Of a stretch of DNA of 64,000 nucleotides, positions 1-8,792 are shown piece by piece. A program made the translations under genes and the position numbers. Positions within the stretch are counted from its first letter, which is position 1. Each line of letters opens with the position of its first letter. The notes under the pieces are model-generated. The model was not told the origin of the DNA. It saw only the letters and a list, made by a program, of their open reading frames with translations, and made no database searches. The DNA is from an uncultured Gammaproteobacteria bacterium. Lineage in GTDB: Bacteria; Patescibacteriota; Patescibacteriia; Patescibacteriales; WJLG01. The stretch spans positions 2,113-66,112 of the forward strand of contig CAYNAR010000007.1 in the NCBI GenBank assembly GCA_964395625.1, read 5' to 3'.

Positions 1-173
1 AGTTGGCCGATATTGATCGTCGTAGCGTCCGCAATCTGATTCATGCCTCCGGTAATCCCGAGGAATCGGCTAAGGAGATACCTATCTGGTTCAAGGATGA
101 TGAATTGCAGAACTATATGAGCATTCAAGAAAGAATCCTTTACGATGTCGACCTCAACGGAATACAAGAATAA
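1..173 (+). CDS. ndk: nucleoside diphosphate kinase, C-terminal fragment (5' end outside window)
   Basis: Frame 3 reads ...SVRNLIHASGNPEESAKEIPIWFKDDEL..., resembling the conserved NDK C-terminal block N-x-IHGSD-x-ESA-x-x-EI-x-x-FF. Stop TAA at 171-173. Confidence 0.6.
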   Translation, partial: LADIDRRSVRNLIHASGNPEESAKEIPIWFKDDELQNYMSIQERILYDVDLNGIQE

Positions 174-183
174 TATTCTAAGG

Positions 184-218
184 ATCGCGTCCGCCGATGG
201 CCGGGCGCGATTTTTTTT
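184..218 (+). terminator. rho-independent terminator after ndk
   Basis: About 10-bp GC-rich stem (184-193 / 202-211) followed by a T8 run at 211-218. Confidence 0.75.
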
Positions 219-298
219 GTGGAAAAACACCATTGACAAAGTCGTTTAAAATGATATCTTATGTCTGGTACCTTAAGTAAAACAAAAGGAGGACAAAG

Positions 299-433
299 AT
301 GGAGAATCAAGAACAGGTCTTGATTGGTGTCGGAGAAAGCGAGCAAACTTCTCGAAAAAACGAAGACGGCTTGAACATTGATGTTCTTGGCGAAGATTCT
401 TCCTTTTTTCAGGATGGCTTTCCCGTGACGTAG
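299..433 (+). CDS. small acidic hypothetical protein (44 aa)
   Basis: Not in the ORF track (under 60 aa). ATG at 299 is preceded by AAAGGAGG at good spacing. Stop at 431-433, followed by a hairpin and T-run near 463-492. Confidence 0.35.
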   Translation: MENQEQVLIGVGESEQTSRKNEDGLNIDVLGEDSSFFQDGFPVT

Positions 434-506
434 GCGACATGGCAGAGGCCGTGTTCGATTTCGCTCGCCAGCATTTGGCGGGCTTTTTTATTGGCCTTGT
501 CGGGGC

Positions 507-534
507 TTGTATTTTTGTTTTTTTATGCTAAAAT
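507..534 (+). promoter_or_regulatory. putative promoter of the pfl operon (TTGTAT-16-TGCTAAAAT extended -10)
   Basis: TTGTAT at 507-512 and TGcTAAAAT at 526-534. The same TATGCTAAAAT string recurs at 21913-21923 upstream of another operon. Confidence 0.45.
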
Positions 535-610
535 TAGTTTGTGAGTCAAGGCTATTGGTGGTTTTGGAAAACCGTCGAAGAGGGCCTTTTTTTCTTTTTC
601 ACGGAATCAA

Positions 611-1339
611 ATGTTGAAGATACATTCTTTGGAAACTTTCGGTACGCACGAAGGACCCGGCATAAGGCTGGTTATTTTTACGCAAGGGTGCAATTTTCGC
701 TGTGCCTATTGTCATAATCCCGATACGATAAAGATATCCGGCGGTCGAGAGATTCCCAATAAAGAGATAATTTCCATGTTGGAGGAGCAGAGACCTTATT
801 TCGCCAATGGTGGCGGTTTGACGGTTTCCGGAGGCGAGCCATTGCTTTGGGCGAAGGACCTGATTTCTCTGTTTAGGGAGGTTAAAAAGAAAGGTTTCGA
901 CATCTCCTTGGATACCAACGCCAGTGTAGACACCGCGGACGCTAAAGAAGTTTTCGACCTTTCCGATCTGGTAATGATGGATCTGAAACATTTCGACGAC
1001 GAGACGCATCGCGAGCTTGTCGGACAGAGCAACGAGAAGGTCTTTAAGATGATCGAATATCGCGAAAAGACCGGTAAGCCTTTCTGGATAAGACATGTGT
1101 TGGTTCCCGGGTGGAGCGAGAAGAATGACTCTCTTGAAAAAATGGCTCAGTATTTGAAAAAATTTAAGCATTTGGAGCGTTTAGAAATTTTACCCTACCA
1201 TAATTTAGGAGAATATAAATATAAAGAACTGGGCGAGAAATATCGTCTCAAGGGCCAGAAGCCGCCGAGTAGCGACGAGCTGAAGGCTGTTGAAAAGATT
1301 TTCGCCAAACTTTCCGTGCCTGTCGTAATAAGGCACTAA
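611..1339 (+). CDS. pflA: pyruvate formate-lyase activating enzyme (radical SAM)
   Basis: Has the CNFRCAYCHNP radical-SAM CxxxCxxC motif near the N-terminus. Size is 242 aa. Located in an operon with pflB. Confidence 0.9.
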   Translation: MLKIHSLETFGTHEGPGIRLVIFTQGCNFRCAYCHNPDTIKISGGREIPNKEIISMLEEQRPYFANGGGLTVSGGEPLLWAKDLISLFREVKKKGFDISLDTNASVDTADAKEVFDLSDLVMMDLKHFDDETHRELVGQSNEKVFKMIEYREKTGKPFWIRHVLVPGWSEKNDSLEKMAQYLKKFKHLERLEILPYHNLGEYKYKELGEKYRLKGQKPPSSDELKAVEKIFAKLSVPVVIRH

Positions 1340-1345
1340 AATAAT

Positions 1346-2161
1346 ATGTCAGAACTCAATTATTTTTCTCCGCCGGAAATGTCCGCTGGGGCATCTCTTG
1401 CGGCTTATAAAAAGATTTCCTTCTCGTCGGCCAAGACTTTTTCCTTGGCGATTTTGGGAGGGGCCTATATCGCTTTCGGTGGAATGTTGATGGTCATGGC
1501 TTCGGTCGGAGCGTCCGGCGTGATGCCGTTCGGTGTCACGCGCCTGTTGATGGGCTTAGTCTTCTCCATCGGTCTGGTCTTGGTGGTCATCGGCGGGGCC
1601 GAACTGTTCACCGGTTCGACGATCGTCGCCTTGTCGGCCATAGAGAAGAAGGTCTCCTGGGGTGCGGTGCTCAAGAATTGGCTCTTGGTCTATTCTGGAA
1701 ATTTAGTCGGAGCCTTGTTCGTCGCCAGTCTGGTAGTCTTGTCCGGTCGTTGCGGATTCGGAGATGGCGCACTGGGAGCGGCGATGATTAAGACGGCCGA
1801 GTCTAAATTGCATTATGGATTCCTACAAGCAGTAGTCCTGGGAACACTTTGCAATATCTTCGTCTGTCTCGGTGTCTGGCTGTCGATGGCGGCTAAGAGC
1901 GTCGAGGGGAAGATACTGGCGATAATATTCCCCATAACATTGTTCGTCGCTTGGGGATTCGAACATTCCGTCGCCAATATGTACCTCCTTTCTTCGGCGA
2001 AGTTCTTGCAGATTTTCTGCGACGGTTATGCGAATGCCGTTCTTCCTTTCTGGAAAATGCTCGTCGGCAATCTTTTGCCGGTGACCATAGGAAATATTAT
2101 AGGAGGTCTGTTGGTTTTCGTTCCGTATCACTTTATTTATAAAAAAGATAATAATCAATAA
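1346..2161 (+). CDS. focA: formate/nitrite transporter family channel
   Basis: Polytopic 271-aa protein with FNT-like segments (GAELFTG, WGFEHSVANMY). Lies between pflA and pflB. Confidence 0.85.
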   Translation: MSELNYFSPPEMSAGASLAAYKKISFSSAKTFSLAILGGAYIAFGGMLMVMASVGASGVMPFGVTRLLMGLVFSIGLVLVVIGGAELFTGSTIVALSAIEKKVSWGAVLKNWLLVYSGNLVGALFVASLVVLSGRCGFGDGALGAAMIKTAESKLHYGFLQAVVLGTLCNIFVCLGVWLSMAAKSVEGKILAIIFPITLFVAWGFEHSVANMYLLSSAKFLQIFCDGYANAVLPFWKMLVGNLLPVTIGNIIGGLLVFVPYHFIYKKDNNQ

Positions 2162-2164
2162 TTT

Positions 2165-4267
2165 ATGTCTAATTTGGATTTCGTTTTCAAGCCGAAGAGC
2201 ATCGCTATCGTGGGCGCTTCGACCAAAGAGGGGAATGTCGGTAACGACATTGTTAAGAATTTGGTTCGTCAGGGTTTTGTCGGTGAGGTTTTTCCGATTA
2301 ATCCTAAAGCTGAAGAGTTGTATGGAGTGAAATGCTACCCGTCTTTGACCGCCGTCGAAAAGAAGATCGATTTGATGGTCGTCGTCGTTCCGGCTGTGGC
2401 TGTGCCTGATGTCTTGGAAGAGGGCGGTAAACTCGGTATTGGCGGTGCTGTCATCATTTCCGCCGGTTTCAAGGAGACCGGAAACCATGAACTCGAAGAG
2501 AAGATCAAGGAGGTTTGCGCTAAATACGATATCGCCATGGTCGGCCCGAACTGCTTGGGCGTAATCAATCCGGATTTATCCATGAACGCTTCCTTCGCCG
2601 CTACTTTGCCTGGCAAGGGAAGCATCGCTTTCATCTCGCAGTCCGGCGCTCTTTGCACCGCCGTTTTGGATAGAGCCAAGTCTATGGGAATCGGCTTTTC
2701 TAAATTCATAAGCGTCGGCAATAAGGCTTCTTCCGACGAGGAGACTATCTTGGAATATTTGGAAAGAGATAAAGAGACTAGCGCCATCGGCGTCTATGCC
2801 GAATCCTTGACTAAGGGTGGCGAATTGATTGAGAAGATTCGTCGCATCAGCGTCGAGCCGAATCCGAAACCGATAATTTTTCTAAAGTCCGGACGCACGA
2901 GCGCCGGTGCTAACGCCAGCGCCTCCCATACCGGAGCTTTGGCCGGCAACGATGCCGCTTATAGCGCCTTGTTCCGTCAGAGTTTGGCTATTCGCGCCGA
3001 GAACGTCACAGAACTTTTCGACTTCTTGAATATATTCGCCAACAACGATTTGAAGCCGGCTCGCCGCTTGGGAATCGTCACTAACGCCGGAGGTCCTGGC
3101 GTGCTTTCCGTCGACGCCGCCGTCGAATGCGGTTTGGAATTGGCCAAGATGGAAGAGCAGAACGTCAACGAATTAGCTTCCTTGTTACCACCGGCCGCTA
3201 GCGCCAAGAATCCTGTCGACGTCTTGGGCGATGCCAAGGCCGATCGCTATTCGATCGCTTTGGAGAATGTCTTGGGCGATCCGAATGTCGATTCCGCCAT
3301 CGTCATCTTGACCCCGCAATCCGTCACCGAGGTCGAAGCGACAGCCAAGATGGTCGTCGAGGCCAAGAATAAGTTCAATAAACCCTTGGCCGCCGTGTTT
3401 ATGGGCGAGGATTTGGTTAAGCCGGGCATAGAGATTCTAAAGGATGGCGGTGTGGCCTCTTATCCGAGTCCGGAACAGGCCGTTAAGTCCTTGGCGGCTT
3501 TAGCTGATTTCTATGATAATTCCCAGAGAAAATACGAGGCCGGAAAAGGTTTCGACGATATCGATAAAGAGGCTGTGGCCAAGATTTTCGCCGAGGCTCG
3601 CGCTCAAGGCCAATTGGCTTTCCCAGAGGCTCGCGCCACTGCGGTTTTGGAAGCCTATGGTTTTCCGGTTTTGAAGACCAATATCGCCCATAGTCGCGCC
3701 GAGGCCGAAGAGATGGCTGCCAAGATCAATACGATTATGGTTTTAAAGATCGTCTCTCCTGACATCTTGCACAAGAGTGACGCCGGCGGAGTCATGCTCA
3801 ACATCATGCCGGAGCAGGTCGGAGAAAAATACGACGAGATGATGGAGCGCGTGGCCAAGAATTGCCCGACCGCCAAATTGGAGGGCGTCATGCTTCGCGA
3901 GATGGTCGTCGATCCGGGCGTGGAAATGATTTTGGGCTCATTCAAAGAACCTTCTTTGGGTCAGACTATTATGGTCGGTTTGGGTGGTATCTATGTCGAA
4001 ATATTGAAGGATGTTTCCTTCGGCTTGAATCCGATCGGTCCAGAGGACGCCGCTTCCATGTTGGAGAATTTGCGCTCTAAGAAGATTCTGGACGGTGCTC
4101 GCGGAGCCAAAGCCGCCGACAAAGGAAAAATCATCGAGTGTCTCTTGCGTTTGTCGCAACTCCTTTCCGACTTCCCGGAAATAAAAGAAATGGATATCAA
4201 TCCGCTTTTGGCCATGGAGAATGGCAAGGGCGCCAAGGTTTTGGACGCTCGTATCGTGATTGAATAA
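2165..4267 (+). CDS. acetyl-CoA synthetase (ADP-forming), fused alpha/beta type
   Basis: N-terminal CoA-binding Rossmann segment ([16 protein letters not shown]), a succinyl-CoA-ligase-like middle and a C-terminal ATP-grasp region. 700 aa. Confidence 0.8.
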   Translation: MSNLDFVFKPKSIAIVGASTKEGNVGNDIVKNLVRQGFVGEVFPINPKAEELYGVKCYPSLTAVEKKIDLMVVVVPAVAVPDVLEEGGKLGIGGAVIISAGFKETGNHELEEKIKEVCAKYDIAMVGPNCLGVINPDLSMNASFAATLPGKGSIAFISQSGALCTAVLDRAKSMGIGFSKFISVGNKASSDEETILEYLERDKETSAIGVYAESLTKGGELIEKIRRISVEPNPKPIIFLKSGRTSAGANASASHTGALAGNDAAYSALFRQSLAIRAENVTELFDFLNIFANNDLKPARRLGIVTNAGGPGVLSVDAAVECGLELAKMEEQNVNELASLLPPAASAKNPVDVLGDAKADRYSIALENVLGDPNVDSAIVILTPQSVTEVEATAKMVVEAKNKFNKPLAAVFMGEDLVKPGIEILKDGGVASYPSPEQAVKSLAALADFYDNSQRKYEAGKGFDDIDKEAVAKIFAEARAQGQLAFPEARATAVLEAYGFPVLKTNIAHSRAEAEEMAAKINTIMVLKIVSPDILHKSDAGGVMLNIMPEQVGEKYDEMMERVAKNCPTAKLEGVMLREMVVDPGVEMILGSFKEPSLGQTIMVGLGGIYVEILKDVSFGLNPIGPEDAASMLENLRSKKILDGARGAKAADKGKIIECLLRLSQLLSDFPEIKEMDINPLLAMENGKGAKVLDARIVIE

Positions 4268-4280
4268 TTTAAATAAAAAT

Positions 4281-6569
4281 ATGACAAAAAGTAAAAAGGT
4301 TAAGAAGTCTGTCGCTAAGAAATGCGACTGTACTTGCTGCACTTGTTCCCCGATGTCCAAGGAAGGCGTCCTTTTGAACAAGCTTGATGTCAACGGTTAC
4401 ATCAAGAAAAACATCAAACCGTACAATGGTAAGGCCGACTTCTTGTGCGGACCTTCCGACAAGACTAAGAATCTTTGGGAGAAAGCCAAAGGTCTCTTGG
4501 CTCAGGAAATGAAGAATAAGGGTGTCTTGAAGATAGACAATGTCACCGTGTCTTCCATAACCAGCCACTCGGCCGGTTATATCGACCAAGAGTTAGAAAC
4601 GATCGTCGGTTTCCAGACTGATGAGCCACTCAAGAGAGGCATTAAGCCTTTTGGCGGTGTTCGTGTCGTCGAAAAGTCTTGCGAGGAGAACGGCGTCAAA
4701 TTGGATCCGAAGGTTTCGGAGATTTTCACCAAATATCGCAAGACCCATAACGACGGCGTCTTCGATGCCTACACCGAGACCATGCGCGTCTTGCGCAAGA
4801 CCGGAACTTTGACCGGTTTGCCTGATGCCTACGCCCGCGGTCGCATCATCGGCGATTATCGTCGCGCCGCTTTGTATGGTATCGATTTCATCATCGGCAC
4901 CAAAGAGGACGATAAGGCTAAATTGGATAAAGAGGAGTGGAGTGAGGAGTTGATCCGCTTGCGTGAGGATATCAGCGAACAGATCAAGGCCTTGAACGAT
5001 ATCAAGATCATGGCTCAGTCCTATGGCTTCGACATCTCTGGTCCGGCTTTGACCGCTCGTGAAGCTATCCAATGGACATACTTCGCCTATTTGGCGGCTT
5101 TGAAAGAGCAGGATGGCGCCGCTATGAGCTTGGGCAGTGTCAGTAGTTTCTTTGATATATATATTGAAAGAGATATCAAGGCCGGCATTTTGACCGAAGA
5201 GGAGGCTCAGGAATTGGTCGACCAATTCGTCATGAAGTTGCGCCTCATCCGTCATTTGCGCGCCGACGAGTACAATCAGCTTTTTGCCGGCGACCCGACT
5301 TGGCTTACCGAGTCTTTGGGCGGTATGATGTCCGACGGACGTCATAAGGTCACCAAGACTTCCTATCGTTTCTTACAGACTTTGTATAATTTGGGACCTT
5401 CACCGGAGCCGAATATCACCGTTCTGTGGTCGAAAGATTTGCCCGAGACTTTCAAGAGATTCTGCGCCAAAGTCTCCGTCGAGACATCTTCCATACAATA
5501 TGAGAACGATGATATCATGCGCGAGGCCGGCGATTGCGACGATTACGGCATCAGCTGTTGCGTCTCTCGCTTGTCCTTGGGCAAGGAGATGCAATATTTC
5601 GGCGCTCGTTGCAACGGAGTGAAGGCTTTGCTCCTGGCGATCAACGGCGGAGTCGACGAGATGACCGGCTTGAAGATAATGGATGGGATAAAACCGTCCA
5701 AGACCAAGACCCTCTCTTACGAGGCTGTGATGGCCGAATTCAAGAAGAGCGTCTCTTTCTTGGCCAGAGAATACGTCAAGACGATGAACGCCATCCATTG
5801 GATGCACGATAAGTACTACTACGAACGCGCTCAGATGGCTTTCGTCGATAGCGACGTGAAACGCATCGTGGCCTTCGGCTTGGCCGGACTTTCCGTAGCC
5901 GCCGATTCCTTGTCCGCCATCAAATACGCCAAGGTCTATCCGAAGCGCGACGAAAAGGGTATCGCCGTCGATTTCGAAGTGAAAGGCGACTTCCCTAAAT
6001 ACGGCAATAACGACAAGCGCGTCGACGACATCGCCAAGATGTTGGTGAAGATGTTCATCACCGAACTACGTAAGCACTGGATATATCGCGAAGCCTTCCC
6101 GACTCTTTCCATATTGACCATCACTTCCAATGTGGTCTATGGCAAAAAGACCGGCGCGACACCGGATGGTCGTAAAGCCGGCGTCCCTTTCGCCCCGGGA
6201 GCCAATCCGATGCACGGACGCGACACCAACGGCGCTATCGCTTCGCTCAATTCCGTCGCCAAGCTCTCTTATGACGATGCGCGCGACGGTATCTCCAACA
6301 CCTTCTCGATCACCCCGAATACCTTGGGTGCGACCGACGAAGAGAGGACCGGCAACCTAGTCGCTTTGCTTTCCGGATACTTCGCCAAAGGCGCCCATCA
6401 CCTCAATGTCAACGTGCTCAATAAAGAGACTTTGAAGGATGCCATGGAACATCCGGAGAAATATCCGCAATTGACGATCCGCGTCTCCGGCTATGCCGTG
6501 AACTTCGTCCGTCTGTCTCGCGAACAACAACAAGAAGTGTTGTCCAGGACATTCTTTGAATCGATGTAA
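4281..6569 (+). CDS. pflB: pyruvate formate-lyase (glycyl radical enzyme)
   Basis: C-terminal glycyl-radical motif RVSGYAVNF and active-site CC (GISCCVS). The first ATG is at 4281; the track start at 4260 is a TTG. The N-terminus has an unusual Lys/Cys-rich extension. Confidence 0.9.
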   Translation: MTKSKKVKKSVAKKCDCTCCTCSPMSKEGVLLNKLDVNGYIKKNIKPYNGKADFLCGPSDKTKNLWEKAKGLLAQEMKNKGVLKIDNVTVSSITSHSAGYIDQELETIVGFQTDEPLKRGIKPFGGVRVVEKSCEENGVKLDPKVSEIFTKYRKTHNDGVFDAYTETMRVLRKTGTLTGLPDAYARGRIIGDYRRAALYGIDFIIGTKEDDKAKLDKEEWSEELIRLREDISEQIKALNDIKIMAQSYGFDISGPALTAREAIQWTYFAYLAALKEQDGAAMSLGSVSSFFDIYIERDIKAGILTEEEAQELVDQFVMKLRLIRHLRADEYNQLFAGDPTWLTESLGGMMSDGRHKVTKTSYRFLQTLYNLGPSPEPNITVLWSKDLPETFKRFCAKVSVETSSIQYENDDIMREAGDCDDYGISCCVSRLSLGKEMQYFGARCNGVKALLLAINGGVDEMTGLKIMDGIKPSKTKTLSYEAVMAEFKKSVSFLAREYVKTMNAIHWMHDKYYYERAQMAFVDSDVKRIVAFGLAGLSVAADSLSAIKYAKVYPKRDEKGIAVDFEVKGDFPKYGNNDKRVDDIAKMLVKMFITELRKHWIYREAFPTLSILTITSNVVYGKKTGATPDGRKAGVPFAPGANPMHGRDTNGAIASLNSVAKLSYDDARDGISNTFSITPNTLGATDEERTGNLVALLSGYFAKGAHHLNVNVLNKETLKDAMEHPEKYPQLTIRVSGYAVNFVRLSREQQQEVLSRTFFESM

Positions 6570-6580
6570 TAATCTCAGAC

Positions 6581-6612
6581 AAAACCCCGACCTCAATGGT
6601 CGGGGTTTTGCT
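6581..6612 (+). terminator. rho-independent terminator after pflB
   Basis: AAAACCCCGACC / GGTCGGGGTTTT forms a perfect 12-bp stem with loop TCAAT. Confidence 0.85.
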
Positions 6613-6642
6613 ATGAAAATCCATACGAGAGTTTGTTGTCGG

Positions 6643-6743
6643 AAGTGGTAAATTATCTTGGCAGCTATTATGATTGTTAGTAGGATATTTAAGAAAAAAA
6701 TGATTTATTATTAATAAAAAGTTAAAAACGCTGAAAGTAAAGA
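6643..6743 (+). repeat. decayed duplicate of the 3' end of the HUH transposase-like gene (homologous to 9576-9668)
   Basis: A 20-bp block TTAGTAGGATATTTAAGAAA is identical at 6677-6696 and 9613-9632. Flanking blocks also match (GAAGTGG, TGATTTATTAT, AAAACGCT, AAAGTAAAGA). The copy at 6643 has frame-breaking indels. Confidence 0.7.
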
Positions 6744-6852
6744 GTTAACTACGGCACAATACTAATAACTAAATTAATACTTGATATGTATTTGAAATAA
6801 TGCTAAGGTTTATTGAAATAATTATTATTTTAGTATTTTTTGTTTTGAATAA

Positions 6853-7027
6853 ATAAAAAAGAAGATAAATAGAAAAAAATTTGTCTGGGCGTTGTTGATC
6901 CTGCGACGACCTTAATAAAGTTTAGTTAATGTGCTTTTCCTTGTGTCTTGGTTGTTTTGTTTACGGCACAAGTGTACATCTGTGTGCTTATGCAGAGAGT
7001 GAAATCGCTGTTTATCTTCTTTTTTAT
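6853..7027 (+). ncRNA. candidate retron msr-msd non-coding RNA, bracketed by a2/a1-like inverted repeats
   Basis: Perfect 17-bp inverted repeat: 6853-6869 ATAAAAAAGAAGATAAA and 7011-7027 TTTATCTTCTTTTTTAT. It extends to 20 bp with one G-U. GC-rich hairpins at 6887-6911 and 6940-6972 lie inside. The 3' arm overlaps the RT ATG. Confidence 0.5.
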
Positions 7028-8180
7028 GGATCTCAAATTGATTGCAGAGGATAATGTTTTAATTGAAAAATTTAAAAAACTTAGTAGTAGGGATGATGTT
7101 GCTGATATGCTGGAAGTTAGTTTAAAAACTTTGAATTTTTTTCTCTATATAAACAAGAGGAAAAATTATAAGAGTTTTTCAATTAAGAAAAAAAATGGTG
7201 GTGAGAGAATTATCTTGGCACCGGTTTCATCTTTAAAAATAATACAGAAAAAATTGTATTATATTTTAAGTTTAGTGTATACAAATCCAAGACCATCTAT
7301 CCATGGTTTTTTATCTGAAAAAAGTATTATTACTAATGCCTCTGAGCATGTAAGGAAGAATTTGATTTTAAATGTGGATTTGGAAAATTTTTTTGGGACT
7401 ATTACTTTTCCTAGGGTTTTTGGTCTTTTAAAAAAGCCGCCATATAATGTTTCCGAAAAAGCCGCAGTCGTTTTGGCTCAGATATGTACACATGAAGGTG
7501 TTCTGCCTCAGGGTGCTCCAACTTCACCGATTATATCAAATATGATACTTTCAAGAATGGATCGGGAACTTCAGTCTTTGGCTAGAGAGAATAGTTGTTA
7601 TTATACTAGATATGCAGATGATATAACTTTTTCAACTACTCAGCGATTAATTTCTAAAGAAATTGTAGATTATGATAATACTGGTAAGTTTAGGCTTGGT
7701 CTAGGGTTGATTAATGTTATAAATAAAAATAAGTTTAAAATTAATTCTGACAAGATTAAATTTAATAACAAAAGACAAAGACAGGAGGTGACCGGGTTGA
7801 TCGTTAATAAAAAAGTTAATATTAAGCGAGGCTTTATTAGACAAGTTAGAGCAATGCTCCATGCTCTTTATAAATTTGGAAAGAAAGATGCTGAGAGGGA
7901 GTATTATGAAAAATACGTTTTTAATAAAAACACCGGACCATTTACCAGAAATAGAAATTTTTTAGAAGTTGTTAAGGGTAAATTAAATTTTATAAAAATG
8001 GTTAAGGGTTTTTCCGATCCGCTTTATGTTAAATTAGCTAAGAAGTTTAACACGATTTATGGTTCAGAGGCTTTAAAATATTTTGATTTAGGGAAAGTAA
8101 TTTTAGTTTTAAGTAATGAGGATGATTTAAAAAAACCAGAAGATATTAAGGAGTCAACGCAGGGAACGGGATTTTTTTAG
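7026..8180 (+). CDS. retron-type reverse transcriptase
   Basis: Motifs: KKKNGGERIILAP, ITNASEHV (NAxxH), LNVDLENFF, LPQGAPTSP, YTRYADDITFS (YADD at 7611-7622) and QEVTGLIVNKK (VTG). Start taken at MDLK (7026) because the 6948 TTG extension would run through the structured ncRNA. The frame ends ...QGTGFF then TAG on a T7 run. Confidence 0.85.
   Translation: MDLKLIAEDNVLIEKFKKLSSRDDVADMLEVSLKTLNFFLYINKRKNYKSFSIKKKNGGERIILAPVSSLKIIQKKLYYILSLVYTNPRPSIHGFLSEKSIITNASEHVRKNLILNVDLENFFGTITFPRVFGLLKKPPYNVSEKAAVVLAQICTHEGVLPQGAPTSPIISNMILSRMDRELQSLARENSCYYTRYADDITFSTTQRLISKEIVDYDNTGKFRLGLGLINVINKNKFKINSDKIKFNNKRQRQEVTGLIVNKKVNIKRGFIRQVRAMLHALYKFGKKDAEREYYEKYVFNKNTGPFTRNRNFLEVVKGKLNFIKMVKGFSDPLYVKLAKKFNTIYGSEALKYFDLGKVILVLSNEDDLKKPEDIKESTQGTGFF
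8172..8178 (+). other. T7 homopolymer at the RT/protease frame junction (candidate -1 slippage site or indel)
   Basis: Sequence is GGA TTT TTT TAG. A -1 shift or one extra T gives ...GTGFF-LVDYGFVTCWHV... The protease frame is open from 8150. Confidence 0.6.
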
Positions 8181-8194
8181 TCGATTATGGATTT

Positions 8195-8659
8195 GTGACA
8201 TGTTGGCATGTTTGGGATTCTAATATTAAGCCAACGGCATTTAGATATGATAATTTTACCAAGAAAAATACTTTAACACAGACAACAGAAAAACATGAGA
8301 GTATTGATTTAGTTGTTTTGTCGGTAGACGGCTTAAAATTGCAAAAAGATGATTTTTTGAAGATTGGAAAGACTGACAGCGTTAAAATTGGAGAGGCTGT
8401 TAAATGCTATGGTTTTGGTGGATACAGTAATGGGTGCTTACCAGTTATTGTAGAATCACAAATAGATAGCATGAAAAGTATTTCTTCGGTGAAGTATTTT
8501 GTCGTTGGCGGAAATATTCGTGGAGGGCAAAGTGGGGCTCCGGTTTTAAATAAAAACAATGAGGTTATTGGAGTTTTGGTAAAAAGTATTAATGCAGGCA
8601 ATGAAGAAAATTTAGTTATATCAATAGATGCATTAAAGTTTTTGAAAAAAATAAATTAA
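8195..8659 (+). CDS. trypsin-like (S1/Trypsin_2-type) serine protease domain, probably the C-terminal part of an RT-protease fusion
   Basis: Triad: His in TCWHV (8207-8209), Asp in SIDLVVL (8306-8308), Ser in GGQSGAPV (8531-8533). The expected N-terminal GTGFF strand sits in the RT frame. The track start is a GTG with no SD. Confidence 0.75.
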   Translation: MTCWHVWDSNIKPTAFRYDNFTKKNTLTQTTEKHESIDLVVLSVDGLKLQKDDFLKIGKTDSVKIGEAVKCYGFGGYSNGCLPVIVESQIDSMKSISSVKYFVVGGNIRGGQSGAPVLNKNNEVIGVLVKSINAGNEENLVISIDALKFLKKIN

Positions 8660-8685
8660 TCTTTTCGTGTTTTTTATTTTCCCAT

Positions 8686-8703
8686 AACTCTTTTAACTCT
8701 TTT
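8686..8703 (+). repeat. tandem 9-mer AACTCTTTT x2 abutting the left inverted repeat
   Basis: Copies at 8686-8694 and 8695-8703 are identical and lie just before the left inverted repeat GGGGTCAGGTCT (8705-8716). Confidence 0.6.
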
Positions 8704-8704
8704 A

Positions 8705-8716
8705 GGGGTCAGGTCT
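8705..8716. repeat. left 12-bp inverted repeat GGGGTCAGGTCT flanking the HUH gene
   Basis: Exact reverse complement of 9666-9677. Confidence 0.75.
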
Positions 8717-8792
8717 GGAATTAAGACTTTTTTGTTTCAAAACAAGGCAGTTAGTGATAAAATAGAATTATAAAAAATTAAAGGAGGGGAAA

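Noticed and set aside
599-5345. Long antisense ORFs inside pflA, focA, the ADP-forming acetyl-CoA synthetase gene and pflB (for example 599-1171, 1823-2488, 2335-2787, 4593-5345 on the minus strand)
   Set aside because: They lie opposite strongly supported, motif-bearing genes. This is typical of shadow ORFs in GC-balanced coding sequence, and none has a recognisable motif.
6948-7025. The longer RT start proposed by the ORF track (TTG at 6948, MVVLFTAQVYICVLMQRVKSLFIFFF...)
   Set aside because: The extension runs through the hairpin-rich non-coding segment and the inverted-repeat arm, and is hydrophobic nonsense. The retron-RT-like N-terminus begins at MDLK (7026).
8705-8729. Resemblance of GGTCAGGTCTGGAATTAAGAC to the SRP (4.5S) RNA domain IV consensus GGUCAGGUCCGGAAGGAAGCAG
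   Set aside because: The flanking sequence cannot form the SRP helix 8 with its GGAA tetraloop and symmetric or asymmetric loops. The core also recurs three times as a transposase-flanking repeat, so I interpret it as that repeat.
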